In this document: positions 29,178 to 38,158 of the stretch, one piece after another
Layout of the letters: the number at the start of each line of letters is the position of its first letter
Position numbering within the stretch: position 1 is the first letter of the stretch
Assembly: GCA_963778115.1 (NCBI GenBank)
Contig: CAVZSV010000004.1
Coordinates: 928,001-992,000, forward strand
Direction: 5' to 3'
From: an uncultured delta proteobacterium
GTDB taxonomy: Bacteria; Bdellovibrionota; FAC87; UBA2466
Length of the DNA: 64,000 nt
Made by a program: the position numbers and the translations under genes
The notes under the pieces: model-generated
The model's input: the letters and a program-made list of their open reading frames with translations, nothing else
Told to the model about the DNA's origin: nothing
Databases searched by the model: none

Positions 29178-30995
29178 CTAATACGCCTGAAGATCCGCCT
29201 GTTGGACCATTAGCGGAAGATTAGAGGTTTTAAGGGGCAACGTACCCTTTTGTTCAAAGTCGGTAATTGCCTTAGTTGCCGCTGCTTTTAGTTTGGCGTC
29301 GGAGCCCACCCAACTTCCCACTTGGGAAAGCTCCGCCAAAGCAACGGCCTCATTTCCTTGATCCGCGGCCAGCCGACCCAAGTAGTAATGGGCGAGATCG
29401 GTCTGATGGGTTTGTGAAGCGACTTCTAAGACCTTGCGCAACGCGATTTGGGCGTCATCCGAATGGCCGGATCGAAGCGCGTAGATCGCTTCGACAAAAA
29501 AGTAATGAGGACTTGTGGTGTCTAAAGCGACCGCCTCTTTCATCGCTTGGAACGCGGAGTCGGAATCATTTTGATATTCGTAATCCTCTTTTGCTTCTAA
29601 AAACTTCAGCTCCGCTTGAGCGAGTGCGGGATAGTTTTTGGAAAATTCCGCTCCTGAAAGTTCCAAATCGGGAGAGCTTTCAAAGGTGGTAGCGTCAACA
29701 TTCCCGGGGAGAGGAAAGGAAAAATAGTGGTGGTAAGGAGCCGGCGCTTCTCCGGAAGCCACGTACACCAGACCGGCCTTTGGATCGACGACCACACTTC
29801 CAACCGTCGTGTGCACCGATACCGTATTTCCCAATCCGTGAACTTGGTTCGAAAAGACATCCACTTGATCACCCAAAAATGTCGCGGCCACATTGGGAGT
29901 GATCTTACCCTTATTTTGTTCGATCAATTGATCGAGCCGCTGATAACGGCCAGCGGCGTCGTCAACCACCGATCGGTTAATGTAAAGCTCAAGCCCCGCC
30001 ATCTCTGGCATCAGATAATCGTTGGTTTGGATATGCTTGCCTACTGCAAGGCCAGATTCTCGAACCGCCATGTGCTGATTGGAAAGCTCGAGTGTTGCCA
30101 CCCGTCCTTCCTTAAAGCTTGCTAAATCGTAGGCCCATCCTGAGGGAGGCAACGAACCCTTAAAAATGGCCACCGCTTCATCGAAGGTGCGCGCATTTTT
30201 CATTACGTTGACCGCCGTCATGAACGGCGGAATCCCGTTTGCCGAAGCCTCGGTGGTGGGGACCGTGTGACAAGCGATGTAGATTCCACTTTCGTTGATG
30301 GAAGTGAGGCCCGCAATATGAAGACCTGCCGAACTAATAACCAAATACTTTTGTCCATCGTTCGGAGTCGCATAGATCAAGGTCGGATACTTGTCGAAGC
30401 CGCCAGTTACGGGAAAATCCAAATTCCTTCCAATGAGCAATCTCCCATCGGAGGTGTAGTCGCCCCAAGCAGCAAACGAAGAACAGTTGCTACCCAAGGA
30501 GCTTGCAGCCGCCTGAAAGCTTCCCAGTTTCATGGCCACTTTAGCAACCACCATTAAAACGTCTGGAGCAACAGCGGCGTCCCGCAACTCTTCTTCGGAA
30601 ACGCCTGAACTCTCGCTCATCCCTCGCATCGAATCTGAGTACAGTTCGGACAGATCGGGATAATTAGTTTCCACGTATTTGGCGATACGATCACTGATGA
30701 ATAGTCGGATCGATTTGGTGAGTAGGTTGGCTAAAATGGGATTATCAGGCAATTCATTATGAGCTTCATTCGAAATTAATTTTGAAGAGATTGAAATAGC
30801 GCCGTTAGGAATTTCATCATGCAAGAGAGTTCCGTGCTGAAAGGCCATGTCATAAGACGAGCCTTGAACGAACAGCGCATGAATGCCGTGTCTGTCGAAT
30901 TTGACCCCGTCGCTGGGCACGCCTTGAGACGGCAGCGACAAGCTGGTCATAGCCAAGAGACATAAAACTTTGGAATGGGGTTTTACGATTGCCAA
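29178..30995 (-). CDS. C45 family autoproteolytic Ntn acyltransferase/hydrolase with C-terminal TPRs, probably exported
   Basis: 'QGSSYDMAFQHG', 'NCSSFAAWG' (catalytic Cys), 'IGRNLDF', 'SINESGI', 'QTNDY', TPR-like 'AHYYLGRL'. Confidence 0.85.
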   Translation of the reverse strand: MAIVKPHSKVLCLLAMTSLSLPSQGVPSDGVKFDRHGIHALFVQGSSYDMAFQHGTLLHDEIPNGAISISSKLISNEAHNELPDNPILANLLTKSIRLFISDRIAKYVETNYPDLSELYSDSMRGMSESSGVSEEELRDAAVAPDVLMVVAKVAMKLGSFQAAASSLGSNCSSFAAWGDYTSDGRLLIGRNLDFPVTGGFDKYPTLIYATPNDGQKYLVISSAGLHIAGLTSINESGIYIACHTVPTTEASANGIPPFMTAVNVMKNARTFDEAVAIFKGSLPPSGWAYDLASFKEGRVATLELSNQHMAVRESGLAVGKHIQTNDYLMPEMAGLELYINRSVVDDAAGRYQRLDQLIEQNKGKITPNVAATFLGDQVDVFSNQVHGLGNTVSVHTTVGSVVVDPKAGLVYVASGEAPAPYHHYFSFPLPGNVDATTFESSPDLELSGAEFSKNYPALAQAELKFLEAKEDYEYQNDSDSAFQAMKEAVALDTTSPHYFFVEAIYALRSGHSDDAQIALRKVLEVASQTHQTDLAHYYLGRLAADQGNEAVALAELSQVGSWVGSDAKLKAAATKAITDFEQKGTLPLKTSNLPLMVQQADLQAY

Positions 30996-32791
30996 GGACC
31001 GCCCAAGACTTCTGACGTTGGCGCCTCTAGATTCATTTTTCGTTCGTAGAATTTTTCACCTTCCTGTCGGGAATGTTTGAGGAGCTCCGAAAAGAAGCTC
31101 TCCTTTACCGTGCGCATGATGTGTCCGAAAGAGTAGCGCATGGGGTAGATTTTCGTTCCGATCAAATAGGCCTTAGCCATGAAGTACATGGCAAAATAGA
31201 GCTTGGTCCACCGTTTTTGAATCAGATATTTCATCGTGACGTTACGCCACGACGGAAACACCAGAAGGACTAGCCCTAACAGAGAGAGGTTTACCTGCTC
31301 TAGTTTTTCTTGCTCGGTGAAACAGCTAAAAGGTGATTCCGTCTGATAGTTCTGGTGGAGTTTTTCAAAGTCACCGTCAAAAGCCCCGACGTCTATAACA
31401 TATTGAGTCACCGGGGTTCCCGGATACGGGTGAAGTTCCGGAAACTCTCCAAAGACGACTTTGTTTTCTACGTTGATATCGATCGAATCGATGTCGTAAT
31501 CGATGGCACGATACCTTAATCCGAAGCCTTCCAATTTCTGAAGTAGATCTTTTCGTTGATCGACAGGCATTGTCGGCATCGAACTGAGAGGAACATCCAT
31601 GGCAAAATCTTGCCGTAACGTCCCCAAGTTTACTTTGAAATAGGAGTGTAAATGCTCGACAAGATGCCTCGCTTTTAATTCGAAAGCTTCATCATCGGCT
31701 TTGGGCAAAATAGGAGCGGGAATCGCCAAAATAGTATTTGAAAAAGTTGCGATTTTATTTTTTTGGCAAATCTCGAAGGCAAACCGAATATCCTCTTCGC
31801 TCATCCCGCGTTTGAGAATGTGCTCTCGAATAAAGGGATTGCCCGCTTCAATCGACATGCTCATCGATTTGATGCCCGCTTTCTTCAGATATTCGATCAT
31901 CTTAGGATCACGACGAACTAAATCGGCGCGTGTCAGGCAGTGAAAAGGCAGCCCTATCACTCTGGGATATTTGTCCGCAAAATCCTGAAGCCATTCATCA
32001 CTACGGAAAGTGAAAACGTCGTCATAAAATTTAATAAATTGCGTCGGATATCGGCGAACCATGTCTTCTAGTTCGGCGATAAGTCTGTCCACCGAATAAC
32101 GGTTTACCGTTTTTCCCTTACCCCGATACATCTGGTTGAACTTCACATTAAAACAATAGGTACAGATGAAAGGACAACCGCGACTCGCCATCACACTTCG
32201 CATTCCAAAATCACGCAGACGCGTTTTGGAATAGACTAGTTCCCTGTCGTGAAAGGGCAAATCATCCAAAAAGCTCGTTCGATCCTTCATCGAAACTTTT
32301 CCGTCGGCCCGGCGGTTGGTTCGAGTCACTAAGTTGGCAATAGCATCGATGGACTCGTTTTTGGAAAGCGCTTTCAGGATCAGGGGCCAAGTATCGTCCG
32401 CTTCTCCCACCGCTAAGTAGTCCATCATCGTGTCTTCGATAGCGAGCAAGGGAGATCCCTTGGCGGCCGGAGGAGCGTTGAGCGTTTCCCCGTACAATCG
32501 CATCCTGGCATGATTGAACGTCGGATGGGGACCACCCATGATCGTTTTGATCTTGTCTTTGAATTCGGTTTTAATCCATTTGTTCGCGCGGAACATGATA
32601 TTGCTCTCGCCCGTTTTGGCGGAATAGGCGACTAGATCAGGACGAATGGAGCGGACCTCCTCTTTCAAATTATTGTGTTCGAGTACATTTAGAAAAGTCT
32701 CATGACCGTCCCGCTTGGCGAGTGCTGACAACAACTCGACGTTCATCGGGTCGATATAGTCTTCCTTGACCATGACAAACATTATCTTCAT
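30983..32791 (-). CDS. B12-binding radical SAM protein (class B methyltransferase-like)
   Basis: N-terminal cobalamin-binding region ('GGPHPT', 'VGEAD'), 'SRGCPFICTYC' CxxxCxxC, 'FYDDVF', 'PYPGT'. Confidence 0.92.
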   Translation of the reverse strand: MKIMFVMVKEDYIDPMNVELLSALAKRDGHETFLNVLEHNNLKEEVRSIRPDLVAYSAKTGESNIMFRANKWIKTEFKDKIKTIMGGPHPTFNHARMRLYGETLNAPPAAKGSPLLAIEDTMMDYLAVGEADDTWPLILKALSKNESIDAIANLVTRTNRRADGKVSMKDRTSFLDDLPFHDRELVYSKTRLRDFGMRSVMASRGCPFICTYCFNVKFNQMYRGKGKTVNRYSVDRLIAELEDMVRRYPTQFIKFYDDVFTFRSDEWLQDFADKYPRVIGLPFHCLTRADLVRRDPKMIEYLKKAGIKSMSMSIEAGNPFIREHILKRGMSEEDIRFAFEICQKNKIATFSNTILAIPAPILPKADDEAFELKARHLVEHLHSYFKVNLGTLRQDFAMDVPLSSMPTMPVDQRKDLLQKLEGFGLRYRAIDYDIDSIDINVENKVVFGEFPELHPYPGTPVTQYVIDVGAFDGDFEKLHQNYQTESPFSCFTEQEKLEQVNLSLLGLVLLVFPSWRNVTMKYLIQKRWTKLYFAMYFMAKAYLIGTKIYPMRYSFGHIMRTVKESFFSELLKHSRQEGEKFYERKMNLEAPTSEVLGGPWQS

Positions 32792-33087
32792 AGGGGGGAT
32801 GTCTCTATTTTAGCATGGAATCTCGGGCTACGTCCTTTAGCCTTATCTTCGTAACTTATTAGAATTGTTTTGGAAAAATAGATTCGGTGTAGCTCTTATA
32901 AAGAGCGCCTTGTCCGCGTAGCCAAAAGGCGAGCGGGGGGAACAAATTTGCGCCCCTCAGTGCTATTATCGGCACTTTCCCCTTAAACCGTTAGCTTTTC
33001 ATTGGAAATTGCGTTTCTTCGAACGCCAAGCCCCATTGGCTGCGCCCCATAGCGTCTCTTTTTTCGACATACAGCGGTAGCTTTCGA

Positions 33088-33103
33088 GGGCATAGCCCTT
33101 GCA
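33088..33103 (+). promoter_or_regulatory. Putative sigma-54 promoter
   Basis: GGGCATAGCCCTTGCA (GG-N10-GC) about 120 nt upstream of the vWA gene. Confidence 0.45.
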
Positions 33104-33224
33104 CAACGAACCCTTGGTATTTGGGAGAACCATGTTGGCGCCCATGAAGGGAGGTCAGCATGCGAGGGGGTAGCAAGCTTTTGTCGCTTTCCTTTAAACA
33201 AACCACAATCCAAGAGGAGACGCT

Positions 33225-34466
33225 GTGAAGATAGTTGCAAAAAACGGCTCTGATTTCAGGCCGAAAGAGGGTGACTTCAGCACCACAACACTCGTGGAAC
33301 TCACACCTGACAATAAGTTAGGTCGTGTGCCTTCCAACGTAGTGTTTTTAGTGGATGCTTCGAGTTCCATGGGTGGAAACAAATGGTCGATGGTGAAAAG
33401 TGCCCTGGGCGAATTGGTCGAATCATTGAAAGATGATGACCGAGTCGCTTTGGTACTTTTTGACTCTTCCGCGAAGGAAGTCTTTCCACTCGCTTCGCTT
33501 TCTCAAAATAGATCTGCGATGAAATCTGCCATTGATAAGCTTGCGACTCCTTCAGGAGTCACGAATTTGGAAGCCGGTCTTAAGATCGCTTTCGGAGCTT
33601 TCGATGCTCGTTCTGCCGCGGATAAAGTGAAACGTGTTAACCATGTAATTCTTCTTACCGACGGTTTTCCTACCGATGGTCAAGGCTATCGCATGGAAAA
33701 GACGGATAAGTACGAAGCGATTGTTCGAGATCAAGAGATGATTACCCTTACGGGAGTTGGTATCGGATCTGCTGACGATTACGATTCTGCTTTTATCAGC
33801 CGTTTATCAGAGTTAGGTCGCGGTTCTTATTATCATGCCAATGACATGACTAAGTTCAAAGAAGGCTTACAAGCCGAGATCCAGAAGTTGCAATCTTCTG
33901 TGGTTGGTGAACTCATCTTGAAATTCTCGAATGTGTCGAGCCGCATGATGCGAATCGCCAAGATAGCGCCTGAAATCGTTATCTATGACATTCCCGGTAA
34001 TGCGAAAAACTTTGAGCTCCCCACGGGCTCGATGACGAAAGATATGACTGCTTTCGTTGTTCAAACCAATTCCCAGGGTACGGGAAACAGCGGGGACGAA
34101 GTCCCGCTGTTCTCCATGGAAGCGGTTTATGACGGTAAACACTCGGAGAAGGTTGACGTTAAAATTCGGACTTCTGAAAAGGACTCCGACTTTAGCCAAA
34201 TCGATCCGGATGTATTCCGAGGCATTCAAGTACTTCAGGTGCAATTGAACGGTGAAGCGATCCGCGAATCACTGGCTTCCGGTGATAAAGCGAAAGCTAC
34301 CCGATTGATTGATAACACCACTCGAATCGCCAGTGACTTGGGGCAAGACAAAGTAACGCGAGCGTTGACCAGACTCGCGGATGACGTCCGCAAGGGCAAA
34401 TCCGTGAAGGACGACCTCGCTACGATCCAGGATGAGTCTAAAAAGACTCGCCTGCTGATCGGGTAA
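33225..34466 (+). CDS. vWA domain protein (YfbK / Ca-activated chloride channel homolog type)
   Basis: MIDAS motif DASSS, 'TNLEAGL', 'LLTDG', 'GRGSYY'. GAGGAG RBS before GTG. Confidence 0.9.
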   Translation: MKIVAKNGSDFRPKEGDFSTTTLVELTPDNKLGRVPSNVVFLVDASSSMGGNKWSMVKSALGELVESLKDDDRVALVLFDSSAKEVFPLASLSQNRSAMKSAIDKLATPSGVTNLEAGLKIAFGAFDARSAADKVKRVNHVILLTDGFPTDGQGYRMEKTDKYEAIVRDQEMITLTGVGIGSADDYDSAFISRLSELGRGSYYHANDMTKFKEGLQAEIQKLQSSVVGELILKFSNVSSRMMRIAKIAPEIVIYDIPGNAKNFELPTGSMTKDMTAFVVQTNSQGTGNSGDEVPLFSMEAVYDGKHSEKVDVKIRTSEKDSDFSQIDPDVFRGIQVLQVQLNGEAIRESLASGDKAKATRLIDNTTRIASDLGQDKVTRALTRLADDVRKGKSVKDDLATIQDESKKTRLLIG

Positions 34467-34475
34467 GGAAACGAA

Positions 34476-35891
34476 GTGCAGCACTGTTCTACATGTAGTG
34501 CTGATCTAATCGCAGGGTCCCTCTTTTGCGACAAGTGTGGTGCGAGTCAGTCGCAAGTTAAAGTTGCGCGCAAACTCAGACAAGCATCTTTCGACACCAT
34601 AAAGGACGCAAAAGAGGGCATCCTATCCCCCGGCGAACGCCTGAAAGGGCGCCATACCTATATCATCGAAGAGGCCATTGCACGCAGCGGCTTCGGTGCC
34701 ACCTTTAGAGCCATCCGACAAAAAGACGAAGGACAGATCCTTATCAAGCAGATGATGGATCAAGCGTCTTACGACCAATTTAAAAATCAGCTAATGGCGA
34801 GCTTCAAACGGGAAGCGAAATTTCTCAAAAAAGTAAAACATCCTGCTTTCCCCCGAGGTTTCGAATATTTTGAGAGAAACCGATCCTTTTATCTCATCAT
34901 GGAATTTATCAACGGTAAGGAGCTCTCCAAAGCCGTTGAGGAATACCGCAAACAAAACAAGGGGCAAATCGAAGATGGACTTCTAGTCTATTTAGGAATG
35001 GAAATTGCCGACGCGCTTGAGGTAGTTCACAACCAAGGCTACATCTACCGAGACATGAAGCCCCAGAACGTGATGCTGGATGGAATCAGCTCGCGTGTAA
35101 AACTTATCGACTTTGGAACGCTCTATCATACTTCCGATACGGATCCGCTTATTTTTGAATCGGAGGGATACACTCCTCCTGAATTTAAAGACAAGAATAA
35201 TAAATTTACCGCTGCCGGAGATATTTATAGTTTGGGCGCGCTTCTCTATGAAATTGCAAAGGCCGGAGATATGCCCAAACCCGATGCGAAGCTCACGGGG
35301 ACCAAGCATGACAAACGGCTAATCGAGATTATCGAAAAATGTCTGAAATTGGACCCGCTGCAACGGTTTCAACGTGCTAAACACGTTCGCGATGAACTAG
35401 GTAAGCTCACCAAAAAAGGCTTTTGGCCGTTTAGAAACTCAAACGCTATTTCACTCGTTGAGATTAACGTATTACCCAAAACGCTATACCCTGCTGCTTG
35501 CACCTTTTGCGAATACTGTGGATTTGCCGATCCCAATTCTCAAGCAGGCTATTGCAAAAAATGTCGGGTCCCATTACGCGTGGGGCGCTTGCAATTAAAA
35601 AATGGAAAGGTCGAGCGAGAATTTTTTCTCTACAGCGACGAAACTATCGTAGGCAGCTCTCCTCAGTGCCATTTTCCCGTAGGCGATCCCAAAGACAAAG
35701 AGGGGGTTGCTTCCAAACACGCCAGAATCTTCCGCCGCAAAAACGGCCTTTGGCTTGAAGCTTTAGATCGAGATAGAGATCTAACTTTATTAAACCAGCG
35801 AAAAATTCTAGGCCCAGTTGAACTCCGCGATGGAGATCAGATTGAGCTTGCTAGCTTAAGTTTGCGATATAGCCTTAAAGACGCTTGCTAG
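34476..35891 (+). CDS. Ser/Thr protein kinase with N-terminal double Zn-ribbon, second double Zn-ribbon and C-terminal FHA-like domain
   Basis: CSTC..CDKC, 'RSGFG', 'LIKQ', 'YRDMKPQN', 'DFG', 'PPE', 'DIYSLG', CEYC..CKKC, 'SKHARI...ELRDGDQIEL'. Confidence 0.92.
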   Translation: MQHCSTCSADLIAGSLFCDKCGASQSQVKVARKLRQASFDTIKDAKEGILSPGERLKGRHTYIIEEAIARSGFGATFRAIRQKDEGQILIKQMMDQASYDQFKNQLMASFKREAKFLKKVKHPAFPRGFEYFERNRSFYLIMEFINGKELSKAVEEYRKQNKGQIEDGLLVYLGMEIADALEVVHNQGYIYRDMKPQNVMLDGISSRVKLIDFGTLYHTSDTDPLIFESEGYTPPEFKDKNNKFTAAGDIYSLGALLYEIAKAGDMPKPDAKLTGTKHDKRLIEIIEKCLKLDPLQRFQRAKHVRDELGKLTKKGFWPFRNSNAISLVEINVLPKTLYPAACTFCEYCGFADPNSQAGYCKKCRVPLRVGRLQLKNGKVEREFFLYSDETIVGSSPQCHFPVGDPKDKEGVASKHARIFRRKNGLWLEALDRDRDLTLLNQRKILGPVELRDGDQIELASLSLRYSLKDAC

Positions 35892-36124
35892 TATCAGAGA
35901 AATCAAAAAACAAATCCGGAAGAGTAACTCAGAAAGTAACAGAAGCTAGAAAGGGAAGTCCTTGCTCAGCGAAGCTTTTTGATGCTATGCCCTTCAACCG
36001 TATCGTGAGGTGGAGAAGAGACTTCAAAAACATCTGCGAATACATCGTTCAAAACACCCTAAAAGCCGTGAGGCTAATCCCTTTCACTCCTCGAAAAAAG
36101 AGACCTCCACCCAAACTGAAATAA
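35885..36124 (+). pseudogene. C-terminal remnant of a REP-associated (Y1/RAYT-like) tyrosine transposase
   Basis: 'SGRVTQKVTEARKG...FDAMPFNRIVRWRRDFKNICEYIVQNTLKA.RLIPFTPRK' resembles, from recall and not from a search, the C-terminus of Y1 transposases ('FW..PF.R.V......Y...N'). The N-terminal HUH half is absent. Confidence 0.6.
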
Positions 36125-36241
36125 AGTCCCAGTACGCCCGCCTGCTCTTCCTAATTGACACCATGCGCCAAAAGGTTAGATTGCTCCTCCGGCTTTAATC
36201 ATAAGGGTTTAGGGGACTCGAATAGCTCCCAGAGAGAGTAA

Positions 36242-37048
36242 ATGAGGAAGCAAGTGCTTAAAAATATATCATTTTTCTTAGTCAGCCTAATTCTGCTCTC
36301 TGCTTGCTTAGACAACCTGGAACGCTCCACGAACGACACTAAAATGGAAGTCCAAGAGTCTAAAATGGCTATCCTTCAGACCCGGGATCTCATCAAAGCG
36401 TTAAGCGACAATCAACAACTTGGTTTTTATGTCCAACTCATGTCGACCAACGACAATCCCAACTTACGCCAATTCAATATCGTTCAAGCGATGTGGGAAG
36501 CTCCCATCGATACCCTATTTGTTCTTTTTGGGGCTTCGATAGATTTGGGAGAGGAAACTTTGGAAGACGGAAAAACTCCCAACGTCACTTTAGTGGGATC
36601 GGTTTCCGATCCTGTGCTGAGATTAGGAGGAATTACTCCTCAGATGTGGAACGAAGAGGCGGCGGCCTGCAAATCATCGCTTTCCCAAATCATAAATTAT
36701 CAAGCCAAGAAAACGACGACACCGGAAAATCTGCGTCTTAATCCAGACAGGTTGTGGAGATCCATCCTGGCCTGTACGGCGGTGGCGGGCGCTCTTCCTC
36801 AACACGCGCTTAGCGATTCCGATCGCGCCAAAACGGATTGGCCCAGAAGTGATAAAGATCTCGTCAATTATGGAAAGATCCGCGATGACATCGAAGACTT
36901 GATGAAACGAGCCTCCGCCGCGGTCGTACTGAGTACCGATCCGAAAGTAGATGCTGAGAGAAGATTGAAAATGGACACCTACATCAAAATTCGGATGCAC
37001 AATAATTTGACGCTAATCCCAAACATTCCGGTAACACCGGCTCAATAA
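36242..37048 (+). CDS. Hypothetical lipoprotein
   Basis: Lipobox LSAC in a 268-aa ORF. Confidence 0.72.
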   Translation: MRKQVLKNISFFLVSLILLSACLDNLERSTNDTKMEVQESKMAILQTRDLIKALSDNQQLGFYVQLMSTNDNPNLRQFNIVQAMWEAPIDTLFVLFGASIDLGEETLEDGKTPNVTLVGSVSDPVLRLGGITPQMWNEEAAACKSSLSQIINYQAKKTTTPENLRLNPDRLWRSILACTAVAGALPQHALSDSDRAKTDWPRSDKDLVNYGKIRDDIEDLMKRASAAVVLSTDPKVDAERRLKMDTYIKIRMHNNLTLIPNIPVTPAQ

Positions 37049-37055
37049 ACAGACA

Positions 37056-37946
37056 TTAGAAGCAGTGAGTGAGCTCGACGCTGGAGACCCGTCCATTAAT
37101 GTCTTGATACGTTGCCTGACCGCAGGAACCATTGAACGTAAGCGTTTCCGTCTTTCCCACATAGCTGCTTCCCGTATTTTGATCCAGTGAGCCACCATCG
37201 AATAAGGTGATGAGCTTTCCTTCCGTGGGATAACAACAACCTCTGGTAAACTCGAGATTCGAAAGGGTGGTATTGCCGCGAACGCCTTCTAAGTTGTGCA
37301 ACACCTGGAGAGTTCCGTTTACCGTTTGGGTAGTCCCATTGTCCGTAACCGTAAGCGGCATTTGGGTCAGCACCGTCTCATCAAAGGAGCCACTGGTGAC
37401 TTTGATTCCGGAAATACTAATTCCCGTTCGTACTCCGCCAGCCATCGAAATCGTTACCCCTCCTCCCACTGTCGTCTGTTCAAAATTATTGGCATTTAGA
37501 CTGGTGTCTAATGTCACAACCACACCATTTTTATCAGTGCGAGTCGTGCCCCACGCGAAGGTTCGAGTGAAGGTGGAGCGGGGAAAACTCCCACAACTGG
37601 CTGAACCCACTTGAAGGGTAGCCACTTCCGTTCCATTCCACAGGGCGGTTGAAGAGCCGAAACTACAGTTAGCATAGCTTAGGCTATAGGTATCGCCTAC
37701 CTGAGCGCATCCCGAACCAGGGGCGGTTGAAAACGTAGGACACGCGGTACTTGTTCTTAGCCTATCCCAAGCGATGTCGCGAGTTCCGGAACTGCTAGAC
37801 GCGTTGATGGCCCCTCCGATAACCGCCACCGCGCTGCTCGTGGCCGAAACGATGGCACTGCTAGTTGCGGTGCCTATGGCGCAGCTGCCTGAAAGAATAA
37901 GACAAACTCCACATCCACCCAGAATGATAAATCGAAAGCCGTTCAT
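37056..37946 (-). CDS. Cys-patterned T/S/G-rich exported protein (probable lipoprotein), paralog A
   Basis: Signal peptide with 'LSGSC'. Aligns end to end with 38159-39178. Ends 'LTHCF'. Confidence 0.8.
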   Translation of the reverse strand: MNGFRFIILGGCGVCLILSGSCAIGTATSSAIVSATSSAVAVIGGAINASSSSGTRDIAWDRLRTSTACPTFSTAPGSGCAQVGDTYSLSYANCSFGSSTALWNGTEVATLQVGSASCGSFPRSTFTRTFAWGTTRTDKNGVVVTLDTSLNANNFEQTTVGGGVTISMAGGVRTGISISGIKVTSGSFDETVLTQMPLTVTDNGTTQTVNGTLQVLHNLEGVRGNTTLSNLEFTRGCCYPTEGKLITLFDGGSLDQNTGSSYVGKTETLTFNGSCGQATYQDINGRVSSVELTHCF

Positions 37947-38158
37947 AGAAAGTTCTCTCGTAATGGTGCGTTAATAAAGGAAGATAGAATAGAAAAGCTA
38001 AAAACTATTTTACCAAAATTTCAGCGCATCATCGGAGCTTTTCTTTTGGCTCGAGCATCATCAGATGCGCCTGGGGATTTTCTTAGGTAACCCCTGTTTT
38101 GACCGATATAATGTTGATGCTTTTTCAAAACTCATCCCCCCATTTTAGGAGAGATCTT

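Noticed and set aside
33060..33200. Possible SAM-I riboswitch or 6S RNA upstream of the vWA gene (GAGGGCATAGCCC)
   Set aside because: Lacks the AUCNAGAG, GCAACC and GUGC core of SAM-I, and I see no rod structure. A -24/-12 promoter fits better.
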